Origin: Candidatus Latescibacterota bacterium
GTDB taxonomy: Bacteria; Latescibacterota; UBA2968; GCA-2709665
NCBI GenBank assembly: GCA_965222075.1
Contig: OZ244937.1
Location: 1,216,001-1,280,000 of the forward strand
Direction of reading: 5' to 3'
DNA: 64,000 nt
The notes beneath the pieces were generated by a model. The model was given only the letters and a program-made list of their open reading frames with translations, made no database searches and was not told where the DNA came from. Within the stretch, counting starts at the first letter, position 1; each line of letters begins with the position of its first letter. Position numbers and translations under genes: made by a program. Below are positions 50,237 to 60,758 of this stretch, one piece after another.

Positions 50237-51318
50237 CCATGGCAAAACAGAGATCTGAAGCGGGGCTCATCGGGGGCAGGGTCTCCATATGGGGTGCACG
50301 CCGCATCAGGGTTGTGGCTCTGCTGTGTGTGGGGATTTTGGGCACGGTTCTCGGACTTATGGGGGCTGTGTATATGCTGAACCGACCCACGGGCGTATCT
50401 GCGCACAACGTGACCATTCAGAAGGGCATGTCGGTCTCACAAATTGCCCATTTGCTCCATCGGAAAGGGATTATTCGGAGCTCCAGGCTGTTGCAGGTCT
50501 ACTCCGTAGTCAACGGAACCAGCCGGCGGCTCACCGCAGGGGTGCATCCTTTTCACGGGGGAATGACGGCGTGGCAGGTTCTGCTGGAACTGGAGGTGGG
50601 CCGGGATGTGACCCGGGATGTGACCATTCCCGAAGGGCTGCGGCGGGAGCAGACGGTCCACCTGCTGGCAGAGGCGCTGAACCTGGACGAAGAAATGCTC
50701 CTGAAGATCACCTCGGATGCCGAATTCTGCCGGAAATTGGGCGTTGAGGCGGACAACCTGGAGGGGTACCTGTTCCCCGAGACCTACAAATTTTCCCTGA
50801 TGATGGACGAGGTGCAGGTCGTTGGACTCCTGGTGAAGCATTTTTTTACTGTTTTTGATTCTGCGATGCAGGTCCGGGCCCGGAAGCTGGGCCTGTCGGT
50901 GCACGAGGCGGTGATCCTGGCCTCCATTGTTGAGGGCGAGGCCCGCCTGGATTCCGAGCGGCCGGTGATTTCAGCCGTGTATCACAACCGCCTGAAGCGG
51001 AGGATGCACCTGCAGGCCGACCCCACGGTCCAGTATGCGATTGCCGACGGTCCACGCCGGCTGTTTAACCGGGACTACAAGATTGACTCCCCTTACAACA
51101 CCTACCGGCACCGGGGGCTGCCTCCCGGCCCGATCCTGAGTCCGGGTGAGGCCTCGGTGAGGGGGGTGCTGTATCCCGCCGATGTGGACTATCTCTATTT
51201 TGTCGCCCGGGGAGACGGTTCCCATCTCTTCAGCAGAACGGTCAAAGAACACGAAGAAGCCAAACGCAAGACCCGGTGGGCGCGCCGGAAGGCCTGGCGG
51301 CGTTCGTCCATCGATTGA
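50233..51318 (+). CDS. mltG: endolytic transglycosylase MltG
   Basis: TIPEG, LEGYLFPETY, LASIVEGEA, LQADPTVQY, SPYNTY and GLPPGPI. Confidence 0.96.
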   Translation: MTMAKQRSEAGLIGGRVSIWGARRIRVVALLCVGILGTVLGLMGAVYMLNRPTGVSAHNVTIQKGMSVSQIAHLLHRKGIIRSSRLLQVYSVVNGTSRRLTAGVHPFHGGMTAWQVLLELEVGRDVTRDVTIPEGLRREQTVHLLAEALNLDEEMLLKITSDAEFCRKLGVEADNLEGYLFPETYKFSLMMDEVQVVGLLVKHFFTVFDSAMQVRARKLGLSVHEAVILASIVEGEARLDSERPVISAVYHNRLKRRMHLQADPTVQYAIADGPRRLFNRDYKIDSPYNTYRHRGLPPGPILSPGEASVRGVLYPADVDYLYFVARGDGSHLFSRTVKEHEEAKRKTRWARRKAWRRSSID

Positions 51319-51332
51319 CGGGGGTACAGGGG

Positions 51333-53456
51333 ATGTTTGAAGGGCTGAACGAGCAGCAGCAGAAAGCGGTTCACACCGTAGACGGACCGCTTCTCGTTTT
51401 GGCGGGTGCAGGATCTGGAAAGACGCGGGTGTTGACCTGCCGGATCGCCTATCTGATCGGAGCGATGGGCGTGCGTCCGGGGCAGGTCCTGGCCATGACG
51501 TTTACCAACAAGGCCGCAGGAGAGATGCGCGAGCGGGTCGAGGCCCTGCTGAACCGCTCGAGCCGGGGGATGTGGATCGGAACCTTCCACTCCCTTTGTG
51601 CCCGTATTCTCCGGATGGAGGCAGACGCGCTTGGCCTGCAGTCCAATTTTTCCATCTACGATCCGGACGATCAACTGGTCCTGTTGCGGCAGGTGATCCG
51701 GGACCAGGAGGTTTCCGACAAGCAGTTTCCTCCCAGACGGGTACGGGCGCGCATCAGCCGGGAGAAGAACCGGATGGTGGATCCTGGAATGTTTGCCCAG
51801 GAGGCAGGAACCTTTTACGAGCAGCAGGTTGCCCGAATCTACCGGCAGTACCAGGAGGCGTTGCGGCAGAACTGCGCGGTCGACTTCGACGATCTGCTGA
51901 TGCTGTCGGTTCGCCTTTTTCAGGACAATCCCGATATCCTGAAAAAATACCAGGAGCGGTTCCGGTACTGCCTGATTGATGAGTACCAGGACACCAACCG
52001 GCCGCAGTACCTGTTTGCCCACATGCTGACACAAACGCACGGCAACCTCTGCGTGGTGGGGGACGACGACCAGAGCATCTACGCCTGGCGGGGGGCCGAC
52101 CTCCGGAATATCCTGGATTTTGAGGTGGACTTTCCCAATGCCCGCGTGATCCGCTTAGAACGAAACTACCGGTCTACGTCGGTGATCCTGGGTGCGGGGA
52201 ATGCGGTGATCCGGAACAATCTGGGGCGAAAGGGGAAGGAGCTGTGGACCGACCGGACCGGGGGTGAGAAGATTCGGCTGAAGCGCTGTATGGACGAGGT
52301 CGAGGAGGCCGGGTGGATCACCGGGATGATGCGTGACCTTCAAAGGCAGTATACCTATCGGGATATGGCCGTCCTTTACCGGACCAACGCCCAGTCCCGG
52401 GCGCTTGAAGAGGGGCTGCGCAGGGCGGGCATCCCCTATGTGGTTGTGGGCGGGGTGCGCTTTTACGAGCGAAAGGAAGTCAAGGATATCCTGGCCTATC
52501 TCAGGCTGATCGTCAATCCCCGGGATTCGATCAGTCTGGGCCGGATTATCAATACGCCCAGACGGGGGATCGGAGAGGCGTCGGTGGCCAGGCTGGACGA
52601 CTTTGCTATGCGGGAGGGGATTGCGCCGTATTGGGCGCTGGAACGGCTGGATGAGATTGAGGAGGTTCCGGCCCGAACAGGGAGGGCGATGGCGGCGTTT
52701 TACGGGATGATGGAGGGGTTTCGGGACGATATGGCGGCCCTGCCGGCGGACCAGTTGGTGGCTCAGGTGGTGGACCGCACGGGATACTGGCGGGCCTTAG
52801 AGGCGTTGGGGCCGGTGGAAGCGGAGTCTCGAACCGAAAACGTAAAGGAACTCTTAGCCGCTATTCAGGACTTTACCGAACGGGCAGAAGACGCCTCCTT
52901 AGAGGCCTTCCTCCGGGAGGTCTCGCTGGTGACCGATGTGGATCAGTGGGACGAGAAGGTCTTATGCGTGACGCTGATGACGCTGCATGCCGCCAAGGGG
53001 CTGGAATTTCCCGTGGTTTTTATCGGCGGCATGGAAGAGGGGCTCTTCCCCATTTGGGGGGGGCGGGACGAGGACAGGGAGAAGGCGCTGGAAGAGGAGC
53101 GGCGGCTGTGCTATGTGGGTATTACCCGCGCCAAGGAGCGGCTTTTCCTCTCTTATGCGATGCAGCGGCGGCGCTACGGGGGTGCCTCAGGCAGCGCCGG
53201 GTCCCGTTTTCTGACGGAGATTCCAGAGGAGCTGCTCGACTTGGGATTCCACATTTCTGAGGCCGAGGCCGAACGCGACGAGGGGGGGGCGCCTTTTTCT
53301 CTGGAGGTGGGCACCTGGATTGTGCATCCGTCCTGGGGGCGTGGACAGATCCATGCGCGGTCCGGATATGGACAGGAAGCCAGGCTGACGGTCCGTTTTG
53401 GGAATGGTACGACCAAAAAGGTCGTGGTCAAATACGCCGGTCTCAAGCCTGGGTAG
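51333..53456 (+). CDS. pcrA: ATP-dependent DNA helicase PcrA/UvrD
   Basis: AGAGSGKT, TFTNKAA, DEYQDTN, VGDDDQSIY, NYRS, HAAKGLEF, EERRLCYVGITRA and a C-terminal Tudor-like domain. Confidence 0.95.
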   Translation: MFEGLNEQQQKAVHTVDGPLLVLAGAGSGKTRVLTCRIAYLIGAMGVRPGQVLAMTFTNKAAGEMRERVEALLNRSSRGMWIGTFHSLCARILRMEADALGLQSNFSIYDPDDQLVLLRQVIRDQEVSDKQFPPRRVRARISREKNRMVDPGMFAQEAGTFYEQQVARIYRQYQEALRQNCAVDFDDLLMLSVRLFQDNPDILKKYQERFRYCLIDEYQDTNRPQYLFAHMLTQTHGNLCVVGDDDQSIYAWRGADLRNILDFEVDFPNARVIRLERNYRSTSVILGAGNAVIRNNLGRKGKELWTDRTGGEKIRLKRCMDEVEEAGWITGMMRDLQRQYTYRDMAVLYRTNAQSRALEEGLRRAGIPYVVVGGVRFYERKEVKDILAYLRLIVNPRDSISLGRIINTPRRGIGEASVARLDDFAMREGIAPYWALERLDEIEEVPARTGRAMAAFYGMMEGFRDDMAALPADQLVAQVVDRTGYWRALEALGPVEAESRTENVKELLAAIQDFTERAEDASLEAFLREVSLVTDVDQWDEKVLCVTLMTLHAAKGLEFPVVFIGGMEEGLFPIWGGRDEDREKALEEERRLCYVGITRAKERLFLSYAMQRRRYGGASGSAGSRFLTEIPEELLDLGFHISEAEAERDEGGAPFSLEVGTWIVHPSWGRGQIHARSGYGQEARLTVRFGNGTTKKVVVKYAGLKPG

Positions 53457-53575
53457 GAGGGGTGCCCGGGCAAAATCCTCTTGATTTCGGGAGCGATTTG
53501 TCCCATATTATGTGGTAAGTGTTGTTCTGTACACCTTATGGCGTGATGAGGTTCTCCACGAGGTAAAACAGGGTT

Positions 53576-53863
53576 ATGCCAGTCTCGGTGGACGATGTTC
53601 GGAAGGTGGCCCAACTGGCCCGGCTGACGTTTGGTGCCCAGGAGGAACAGCGCCTGGTCGAGGAACTGAATCGGATGCTGGGATATGTGGCTTTACTGGA
53701 CGAACTCGACACAGCCGGTGTTGTTCCCACGGCCCATGTCCTTCCAATTTCCAATGTTTTTCGGGAGGACGAACCGAGGCCCTCTTTCTCCCAGGCGGAG
53801 GCGCTGGCAAATGCCCCCAGCTCGGGACACGGTCACTTTCGGGTCCCCAGGGTGATCGAATAG
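53576..53863 (+). CDS. gatC: Asp/Glu-tRNA amidotransferase subunit C
   Basis: VRKVAQLARL, LDELDT.GV.PT, FREDE, LANAP and FRVPRVI. Confidence 0.95.
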   Translation: MPVSVDDVRKVAQLARLTFGAQEEQRLVEELNRMLGYVALLDELDTAGVVPTAHVLPISNVFREDEPRPSFSQAEALANAPSSGHGHFRVPRVIE

Positions 53864-53871
53864 GACCGATG

Positions 53872-53908
53872 TCGGCGGTGGTTACTACGGAATCACCGCC
53901 GATTTTTT
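53872..53908 (+). terminator. intrinsic terminator after gatC
   Basis: Stem tcggcggtg/caccgccga followed by TTTTTT. Confidence 0.75.
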
Positions 53909-53953
53909 GGTTTGCGTATTGAATTTTTCGAGACGACGTGTGGAGGCGATATT

Positions 53954-55744
53954 GTGAAAAAGGACTATCAGGGCCCCAAGTACATTGTGGTTACCGGAGG
54001 TGTGATCAGCGGTGTGGGCAAGGGGTTGGCAACAGCGTCGATCGGCAAAATCCTGCAGCAGTACGGCTACAAGACAACGGCGATCAAGATCGATCCTTAT
54101 CTGAACTACGATGCGGGCACCCTGCGGCCCACCGAGCACGGGGAGGTATGGGTGACCGACGACGGGGGCGAGATCGATCTGGACCTGGGCAACTACGAAC
54201 GTCTTCTGGGGATCGACCTGCCCCGTATGAACAATCTGACCACGGGGCAGATCTATCACACGGTGATCGAGCGGGAGCGGCGGGGGGAGTACCTCGGCCA
54301 GACCGTTCAGCCCATTCCCCACATCACCGACGAGATCAAAGGGCGTGTGACCGAAGCAGCGAAAGGGGTCGACATCGCGCTGGTGGAGGTGGGGGGGACG
54401 ATCGGCGACTATGAAAACATGCCGTTTCTCTTTGCGATGAAGGGCTTGGAACGGGAAGTCGGCGGAGAGAACATGGTTTATGTGCTGGTCAGCTATCTTC
54501 CGGTTCCCGGACATATTCCGGAGATGAAGACAAAGCCGACCCAGCATGCCATCAAGCTGTTGACCGAGCACGGGATATTTCCCGATTTTGTCGTCTGCCG
54601 GGCTGTGGATTCCTTAGACGATGTGCGCAAGAAAAAGATCGAGGTCTCTGCCAACATCCCGGCAGACCGAATTATTTCCGCGCCCGATGTGGATAGCCTC
54701 TACCAGGTGCCGCTGGATTATGAGAAGGAGAACCTGGGGCTCAAGATCTTGGATCAACTCAACCTGGTCTCCAAGGAGGAGCCAGACTGGGACTTCTGGG
54801 TGAAGCTTGTGGATCGGGTTCGTCATCCTTCCAGGCGCGTTCGGGTGGCCATGGTCGGCAAATACGTGGAGATCGGGGAGTACGAGCTGACCGATTCTTA
54901 TATCTCGGTCAACCAGTCCCTCGAACACGCGGGGGCTTCCTTGGGTACGGAGGTCGAGATCTCCTGGATCGATTCTCGGCGGTTGGAGCAGTGCTGTGCA
55001 GGGGAGATTTTGGCGGCGTTCGACGGGATTATTGTGCCGGGGGCCTTCGGGGAGGGCGGGGCGGAGGGGGTGATTCAGGCCATTCGGTATGTCCGGGAGA
55101 ACGGTGTGCCCTTCCTGGGGCTGTGTTATGGACTTCAGATGGCTGTTGTGGAATATGCCCGCCACGTGGCCGGTTTGCATGAGGCCAATTCGGCTGAAAA
55201 CGACTTAGACACCCCCCATGCGGTTATCGATATCCAGTACAGCCAGCGGGAGATCGTTGAAGAGGGCCAGTTTGGGGGGACGATGCGGCTGGGGGGCTAC
55301 GCCGCCGTGCTCAGGCGGGACAGCTTCACGCTGGAGCTTTACGAACGGACCGGACGCCTTGAAGAGGATGCCTGGCGGATCGAACAGATCAGGCAAAGAC
55401 CGAACGAAGCTTTTCGCATGGGGGTGATTCTGGACAGCGAGCGGGCTGTAATTGAACGGCACCGGCACCGATATGAGATTTCGCCCAAGTATGTGGACCT
55501 GTTAGAGGAGTACGGGCTGGTCTTTTCGGGGTTCCACAGGCGTGAAGACGGTACCAAGCTGATGGAGTTCATCGAACTGCCCGATCATACCTTTTTCTTA
55601 GCGACGCAGGCGCATCCGGAATTTAAATCGCGTTTGGAGCAGCCGGCTCCTCTCTTTTACGGGTTTATTGAGGCCGCTGTGGCCCGTTCGAAGCATACCT
55701 CCAGCCGGCTGCTGCCCGGGGTACAGGCTGAGGTTGAGGCATGA
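53954..55744 (+). CDS. pyrG: CTP synthase
   Basis: VTGGVISGVGKG, KIDPY, EVGGTIGD, KTKPTQH, GLCYG, RHRHRYE and HPEF; GTG start after GGAGG. Confidence 0.96.
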   Translation: MKKDYQGPKYIVVTGGVISGVGKGLATASIGKILQQYGYKTTAIKIDPYLNYDAGTLRPTEHGEVWVTDDGGEIDLDLGNYERLLGIDLPRMNNLTTGQIYHTVIERERRGEYLGQTVQPIPHITDEIKGRVTEAAKGVDIALVEVGGTIGDYENMPFLFAMKGLEREVGGENMVYVLVSYLPVPGHIPEMKTKPTQHAIKLLTEHGIFPDFVVCRAVDSLDDVRKKKIEVSANIPADRIISAPDVDSLYQVPLDYEKENLGLKILDQLNLVSKEEPDWDFWVKLVDRVRHPSRRVRVAMVGKYVEIGEYELTDSYISVNQSLEHAGASLGTEVEISWIDSRRLEQCCAGEILAAFDGIIVPGAFGEGGAEGVIQAIRYVRENGVPFLGLCYGLQMAVVEYARHVAGLHEANSAENDLDTPHAVIDIQYSQREIVEEGQFGGTMRLGGYAAVLRRDSFTLELYERTGRLEEDAWRIEQIRQRPNEAFRMGVILDSERAVIERHRHRYEISPKYVDLLEEYGLVFSGFHRREDGTKLMEFIELPDHTFFLATQAHPEFKSRLEQPAPLFYGFIEAAVARSKHTSSRLLPGVQAEVEA

Positions 55745-56286
55745 GCCAATGGACGCTTATCCTGATTCTGGGGATAAGCGGTCTGGGCTGCACCGAGGTC
55801 GAGCATCCTCCAGCCCACCCCGAGTCCTCCAAATCCCGTCCGGACCAGGAGATCTGGGGGTGGACCGCGGCGTTGACCCGGGGGGGGCGCAGGCGGGCCG
55901 TGGTGAGGGCGGGCCATTTTCAAAAGTACGATCGTTCCCCAAAGATGGAGTTGGATGAGGGGGTAACGGTCATTTTTTACGATTCCTCTGGAAAGGTGCG
56001 GGTATCGCGATTGACGGCTCAGCGGGCCGAGATTGACGATAAAACCAACGATATGGTGGTATTCGGTCATGTTGTGCTCCTGGCCGAGGACAGCACCCGA
56101 CTGGAAACCGACACCCTGAAATGGTCCCGGCAGAGCGGGGGGATTAACGGTGAAGGCAGGGTGACCGTTTACCGCCCCGACGGTGTGGAGACGGGGGTGG
56201 GGTTTGAAGCCTCGTCCGATCTGAAGCGCTGGACCATGCGCCAGGTGATTACCCGTCTGGGTCAGCCCGATTCCCTCCGGCCCTGA
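55741..56286 (+). CDS. lptC: LPS export protein LptC
   Basis: Lipoprotein-like N-terminus (LGC), PDQE and LETDTLKW beta-jellyroll motifs; synteny with lptB-rpoN. Confidence 0.85.
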   Translation: MSQWTLILILGISGLGCTEVEHPPAHPESSKSRPDQEIWGWTAALTRGGRRRAVVRAGHFQKYDRSPKMELDEGVTVIFYDSSGKVRVSRLTAQRAEIDDKTNDMVVFGHVVLLAEDSTRLETDTLKWSRQSGGINGEGRVTVYRPDGVETGVGFEASSDLKRWTMRQVITRLGQPDSLRP

Positions 56287-56317
56287 TCTTTCCTCTCTGT
56301 TTCCTCCTTTCCTGCCT

Positions 56318-57649
56318 ATGACTCCCTTTGTATTGGGTGTGGCACTTGTCCTGGGTGCCCTGTGCCGACCCCTCTTTGCTGCCGAAGAAATCCGGGCCGA
56401 ACGGACCGAGACCATCCGCACGGCGGACGGCGTCCTCCGAATCTCTGTGGGAAGGGTATCCATGCAAGACTGGGCCCGGGGGGTTGCCATTTCGGCCGAT
56501 TCGGCACGCGCCTGGTTTCCAACCAACACGAATCTTGTGGAAAAATACCTGTTTTTTGGGCATGTCTTCCTGAAAGACTCCGTCCGGCAGGTTCGTTCTG
56601 CTGCCCTTGAGTACGACCCCAGAGAGGAAGTGGCGATTTTTACAGGCCGTGTGGAGGCCGTGGATGAAGGCCGCATCCTCACGGCCCGGAAAATGGTCTA
56701 TCCCTTGAAGAAAGGCCTCTTAGACGCCCATGGCGCCGTTGGGCTGGTCTATCCCAATCAGGGGGTGTCGGTGCAGGCAGAGGCGCTCCGATACGAGGCG
56801 GCGGGGGATTCGGGCGAGGCGGTGGGCGGCGCAGGTGCGGTGTGGGTGCCGGATCCGGATGGCGATACGCTACGGGTTCGTGCAGATACCCTCCGGTTTT
56901 ATGAGCAGGGGGAGCGCATGCGGTTTGTGGGGGGGGTACAGATCGTGCAGGCGGGAATGCGCGCCGGTTCCCAAACCGCCTGTTATTTGAAACAGGAGGG
57001 GCGGCTGGAGCTGGAAGGCGCCCCAGAGGCGACCTGGACACAGCAGGGAGACCCGGCCCGGGATTCGGTTGACATTCGGGCGGATCGGATGCTGCTTGGG
57101 CTGGAGGGGGGGCGCCTGAGCAGGATACTGCTTTATCAGAGGGCCGAGATCCGTATGGAAGCACCACAAGATCGTGCGGTGGAAACCCGCTTGATTCGAG
57201 CCGATACCGCTGTGGTAGGGCTAAGCGGAGACCGTCTGGAAGAGATTAAGGCCCGGGGGGGGGTTGAGGCCTTGTTCCGGTCGGGTGAGGGGGCAAAGAC
57301 GGACCTTTCGGGGGATAAAATCCAGATGGCCTTTGAAGAAGGACAACTGGACAGCCTGATGCTGGAAGGCAAGCAGGTCGCAACCTACGTTCCGGCGGAC
57401 GGGATGGCGGTGAGCCGTCTCTCCGGCGGGCGGATCGTCATCCGATTCCAGGACGGAGAGATCCGGCACATCCGGGCCGATCAGGAGGCTGTGTGCGAAC
57501 ATACGTCGCTGGAGGAGGGGGAGGAGAGGATCCGTTTGACCGGAGACCGGGTGGAGCTGGACTTTGAGGAAGGTCACCTGCAAAGGGTGCGATCGGCAGG
57601 CGGGGTGAGGGGAAGTTATACGCCTGCGAAGCAGGAGGTGCCGCCGTGA
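56318..57649 (+). CDS. LptA/OstA-like repeated beta-jellyroll protein
   Basis: Signal peptide; repeated ADS/ADT..G.V beta-strand pattern; lies between lptC and lptB. Confidence 0.75.
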   Translation: MTPFVLGVALVLGALCRPLFAAEEIRAERTETIRTADGVLRISVGRVSMQDWARGVAISADSARAWFPTNTNLVEKYLFFGHVFLKDSVRQVRSAALEYDPREEVAIFTGRVEAVDEGRILTARKMVYPLKKGLLDAHGAVGLVYPNQGVSVQAEALRYEAAGDSGEAVGGAGAVWVPDPDGDTLRVRADTLRFYEQGERMRFVGGVQIVQAGMRAGSQTACYLKQEGRLELEGAPEATWTQQGDPARDSVDIRADRMLLGLEGGRLSRILLYQRAEIRMEAPQDRAVETRLIRADTAVVGLSGDRLEEIKARGGVEALFRSGEGAKTDLSGDKIQMAFEEGQLDSLMLEGKQVATYVPADGMAVSRLSGGRIVIRFQDGEIRHIRADQEAVCEHTSLEEGEERIRLTGDRVELDFEEGHLQRVRSAGGVRGSYTPAKQEVPP

Positions 57650-58368
57650 TTCTGCGCGCGGAAGGCCTGGTCAAACAGTACAGGCACAGGCGGGTGGTCA
57701 ACGACGTGAGTTTAGAGGTGAAGGCGGGGGAGGTCGTCGGGTTGCTGGGCCCCAATGGGGCGGGGAAGACCACGACCTTTTATCTGATCGTTGGCCTGAT
57801 CGTTCCGCAAGAGGGGCATATCTTCATGGGAGACATGGAGGTCACCGCTTTGCCGATGTACGTCCGGGCGCGCAGGGGCATTGGGTATCTGTCGCAGGAG
57901 CCCTCGGTATTCCGCAAGCTGACGGTTTGGCAAAATGTCCTGGCCGTCCTGCAGACCTTAAATATTCCCCATGCAGAACGGGAGGACCGAGCCGGGGTGC
58001 TCCTGGATGAATTGGGGCTTGCCGATCTGGCAGAACAGCGGGCAGATCGGCTCTCCGGGGGAGAGGCCCGCCGGTTGGAGATCAGCCGGGCACTGGCCCG
58101 AGAGCCCAAATTCATGCTCTTAGACGAACCTTTTGCCGGGATCGATCCCAGGACCGTAGAGGATATCCAGGGCATTATCTCGGATCTGCAGCGGCGGCAG
58201 ATCGGGCTGTTGATTACCGACCACAACGTTCGGGAGACCCTGGCGATTACCGACTGTTCCTACATCCTTTCCGGGGGCCGCATTCTGGCATCGGGTACGC
58301 CCCGGGTCCTGGCGGAAGATCCCGAGGTGAGACGAATCTACCTGGGAGACCGGTTCCGGCTCGATTGA
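57646..58368 (+). CDS. lptB: LPS export ABC ATPase LptB
   Basis: [45 protein letters not shown] and VRRIYLG. Confidence 0.96.
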   Translation: MILRAEGLVKQYRHRRVVNDVSLEVKAGEVVGLLGPNGAGKTTTFYLIVGLIVPQEGHIFMGDMEVTALPMYVRARRGIGYLSQEPSVFRKLTVWQNVLAVLQTLNIPHAEREDRAGVLLDELGLADLAEQRADRLSGGEARRLEISRALAREPKFMLLDEPFAGIDPRTVEDIQGIISDLQRRQIGLLITDHNVRETLAITDCSYILSGGRILASGTPRVLAEDPEVRRIYLGDRFRLD

Positions 58369-58482
58369 GGCGTAAGAAAAGAATATTATAGGGTTGCTTT
58401 TTTTATTATTTTCAGGTAAGCGCATACGTTGGTACGGATTTTGAATGTTCAGCTTTGACACTTTGACCTTGTGTAGACGGCC

Positions 58483-59934
58483 ATGATTCGTCTGACTCAG
58501 ACCACGTCCCTCCAGCAAAAGATGGCGCCGCAGTTGATTCACTCCCTGCGGTTGCTTCAGATGCCGACCTTAGAGCTGGGGCAGATTATCCAGCAGGAAC
58601 TGGAGATCAATCCTCTCTTAGAAATCGTAGAGGAGATGGATCAGGAGGAGGAGGAACCGGAGGAGGAGGAACCGGAGGGGGAGGACGAGGAGGGGGAGGA
58701 CGAGCTGGAACTGGATGAACTTGAGTTTGACGATGCGGATCTGGACGATGGGCAGTTCGATGGGGAAGACTGGAACGATTATCTCAATGATTCGGGGTAC
58801 AGCAGCCCCCCCGGAGAATACGATCCGAATGTGGAGGACTGGCAGAACGACGGAATGAGCCAGAGGTCTTTAGAAGAGGACCTGCTGGAGCAGTTGTTGT
58901 TGACCGACCTTTCCAGTGAAGACCGGATCATTGGGGAGTACATCATCGGGAATATAGACGAGGACGGTTTTCTCCGCAGCAATGTTGAGGATATTGCCAA
59001 TGTTTTGGGTGTTGACTCTGAGGACGTAGAGCGGGTGTTGCGGGTAGTGCAGACGTTCGATCCACCGGGGGTAGGCGCCTGGGATCTGCGCGAATGTCTG
59101 ATGATACAGCTTAAAGAGCAGGGCCTGGAAGATTCTTTAGCCATGGTGGTGGTTCGGGACTATCTGGACGACCTGATCAATCGGCGGTACAGTAAAATTT
59201 GTCGGGCGCTTGGGGTGGAGAAGGATGAAATTGGTGAGGCGGAGGAGGTTATTTCGGGGTTAAATCCCAAGCCGATGGTTTATCGCGAAGCGAGGATTAA
59301 TCACAATCTGGTGATACCCGATCTGGAAGTCCAGAAGGTGGGGGAGGAATATATCGTTTCTCTGACGGATCGGAATGTCCCTTCCCTGCGGGTCAGCCCG
59401 ATCTACCGCACGCTGCTCAGTCAGTCTGAAAAGGCCGGCCGGGAGGCCAAAAAATTCGTGGTGGATCGTCTCAATTCCGCCCGGTGGTTCATCAGTGCCA
59501 TTCATCAACGACGCACGACCATGCTCAAAGTGATGCGGTGTATCGTGGAAAACCAACGGGTGTTTTTTGATCAAGGCCCCGGCCATCTCAAGCCGATGGT
59601 CCTGCAAGAGGTGGCCGACAGGGTCAGCATGCACGTCTCTACAATCAGCCGGGTCAGCAATGGGAAATATGTACAGACCCCTCACGGGGTTTTTGAGTTG
59701 AAGTACTTCTTTGACGGGGGGTTGAGCCGGGAGGATGGGGAAGATATTTCGGCGAAAAGCGTCAAAGAGAAAATTGCCAATCTGATTCAGGAGGAAAATC
59801 CTCAAACGCCTTTAAGCGACCAGCGAATTGCCAATATTCTTAAGAAAGAAGGCATCGAGATCGCCCGAAGAACCGTGGCCAAGTACCGGGACCAGATGAA
59901 GATCAATCCGGCGCGTTACCGAAAGGCGATTTGA
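58483..59934 (+). CDS. rpoN: RNA polymerase sigma-54 factor
   Basis: APQLIHSLRLLQM, ELEINPLL, DPPGVGA, HVSTISR and RpoN box ARRTVAKYR. Confidence 0.97.
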   Translation: MIRLTQTTSLQQKMAPQLIHSLRLLQMPTLELGQIIQQELEINPLLEIVEEMDQEEEEPEEEEPEGEDEEGEDELELDELEFDDADLDDGQFDGEDWNDYLNDSGYSSPPGEYDPNVEDWQNDGMSQRSLEEDLLEQLLLTDLSSEDRIIGEYIIGNIDEDGFLRSNVEDIANVLGVDSEDVERVLRVVQTFDPPGVGAWDLRECLMIQLKEQGLEDSLAMVVVRDYLDDLINRRYSKICRALGVEKDEIGEAEEVISGLNPKPMVYREARINHNLVIPDLEVQKVGEEYIVSLTDRNVPSLRVSPIYRTLLSQSEKAGREAKKFVVDRLNSARWFISAIHQRRTTMLKVMRCIVENQRVFFDQGPGHLKPMVLQEVADRVSMHVSTISRVSNGKYVQTPHGVFELKYFFDGGLSREDGEDISAKSVKEKIANLIQEENPQTPLSDQRIANILKKEGIEIARRTVAKYRDQMKINPARYRKAI

Positions 59935-59975
59935 ACCCCGTGAGATAGTTTTCGCAGATTTTCCGACGCGAACAA

Positions 59976-60758
59976 TCACTCGGATTGCACGGTGCTGATT
60001 TCGTCTTTGGAGATCTTGTGGACGCTTTTGGGGTTAAAGGTCTGTTGCGTTTCCACCCTCAGGGCCACTTCGATCCTTCCCCCGGTCAGGACGAAGAACT
60101 GGAGGAGAAATCCGCCGCCCTGCATCGATTCGACCTGATACTGGTCACCTTCCAGACCGCCGACCCAGGCAGGGAGTCGGTCGGAAAACCCGGGGTGGTC
60201 AATCACCTCCTGGGGCAGGGCCATAATCAGCGTGCCCGGCTCATTTCCGATGGTCTCTCCAATCTGTTTGCGGGTTTGGACCATAAATGGAATGACGCGG
60301 TCTGCATACTCAAAATCGTCTGAACCGGCGCGGTCTGGGGGAACAACACCCCAGGTCATGTGGTGAATGAAGGGGTTTCCATACCCCTGGCTTAGCATGT
60401 GTTCGCGTGCCCCTTCATCCACAGGATACACAACGGCGACGTAGTCGAACCAGCCCCTGCTTCGAGACGGGCTGTTGGCCGGTAAGCCCGAGGGCACATT
60501 GATGTAGTCGTGGCCGTCTACGGGTGAGGGATAGCATCGGGTATCCCAGCCGGCAATGTAGCCAAGCCGTTTCAGGGGGCCGGCCAGGAGGTGGGGGGGG
60601 TCGGCAAAGATGGCGGCATGGTCGGGATTGGACAGCAGTTGAACGCCTGCCGCCATGATTTTTTCGGCGACTTCGAGGGCTTCGTTGAGCCGCTCGGGCG
60701 CATTGGGAATGTTGAGGTGTGCTTGAAAATCGTCCGGTAAAACGACTGGCTGTCCCAT
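59976..60758 (-). CDS. hypothetical protein, possible VOC/HPPD-like metalloenzyme
   Basis: 260 aa ORF with AGGAG RBS; PDHAA, IHHMTW, GFLLQFF and IEVALR motifs. Confidence 0.75.
   Translation of the reverse strand: MGQPVVLPDDFQAHLNIPNAPERLNEALEVAEKIMAAGVQLLSNPDHAAIFADPPHLLAGPLKRLGYIAGWDTRCYPSPVDGHDYINVPSGLPANSPSRSRGWFDYVAVVYPVDEGAREHMLSQGYGNPFIHHMTWGVVPPDRAGSDDFEYADRVIPFMVQTRKQIGETIGNEPGTLIMALPQEVIDHPGFSDRLPAWVGGLEGDQYQVESMQGGGFLLQFFVLTGGRIEVALRVETQQTFNPKSVHKISKDEISTVQSE

Noticed and set aside
50601-50624. 12-bp tandem duplication in mltG (RDVT-RDVT)
   Set aside because: Two in-frame copies only; no evidence of a functional or phase-variable repeat.
58645-58674. 15-bp tandem repeat GAGGAGGAGGAACCG in rpoN
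   Set aside because: Lies in the acidic low-complexity region II typical of sigma-54.
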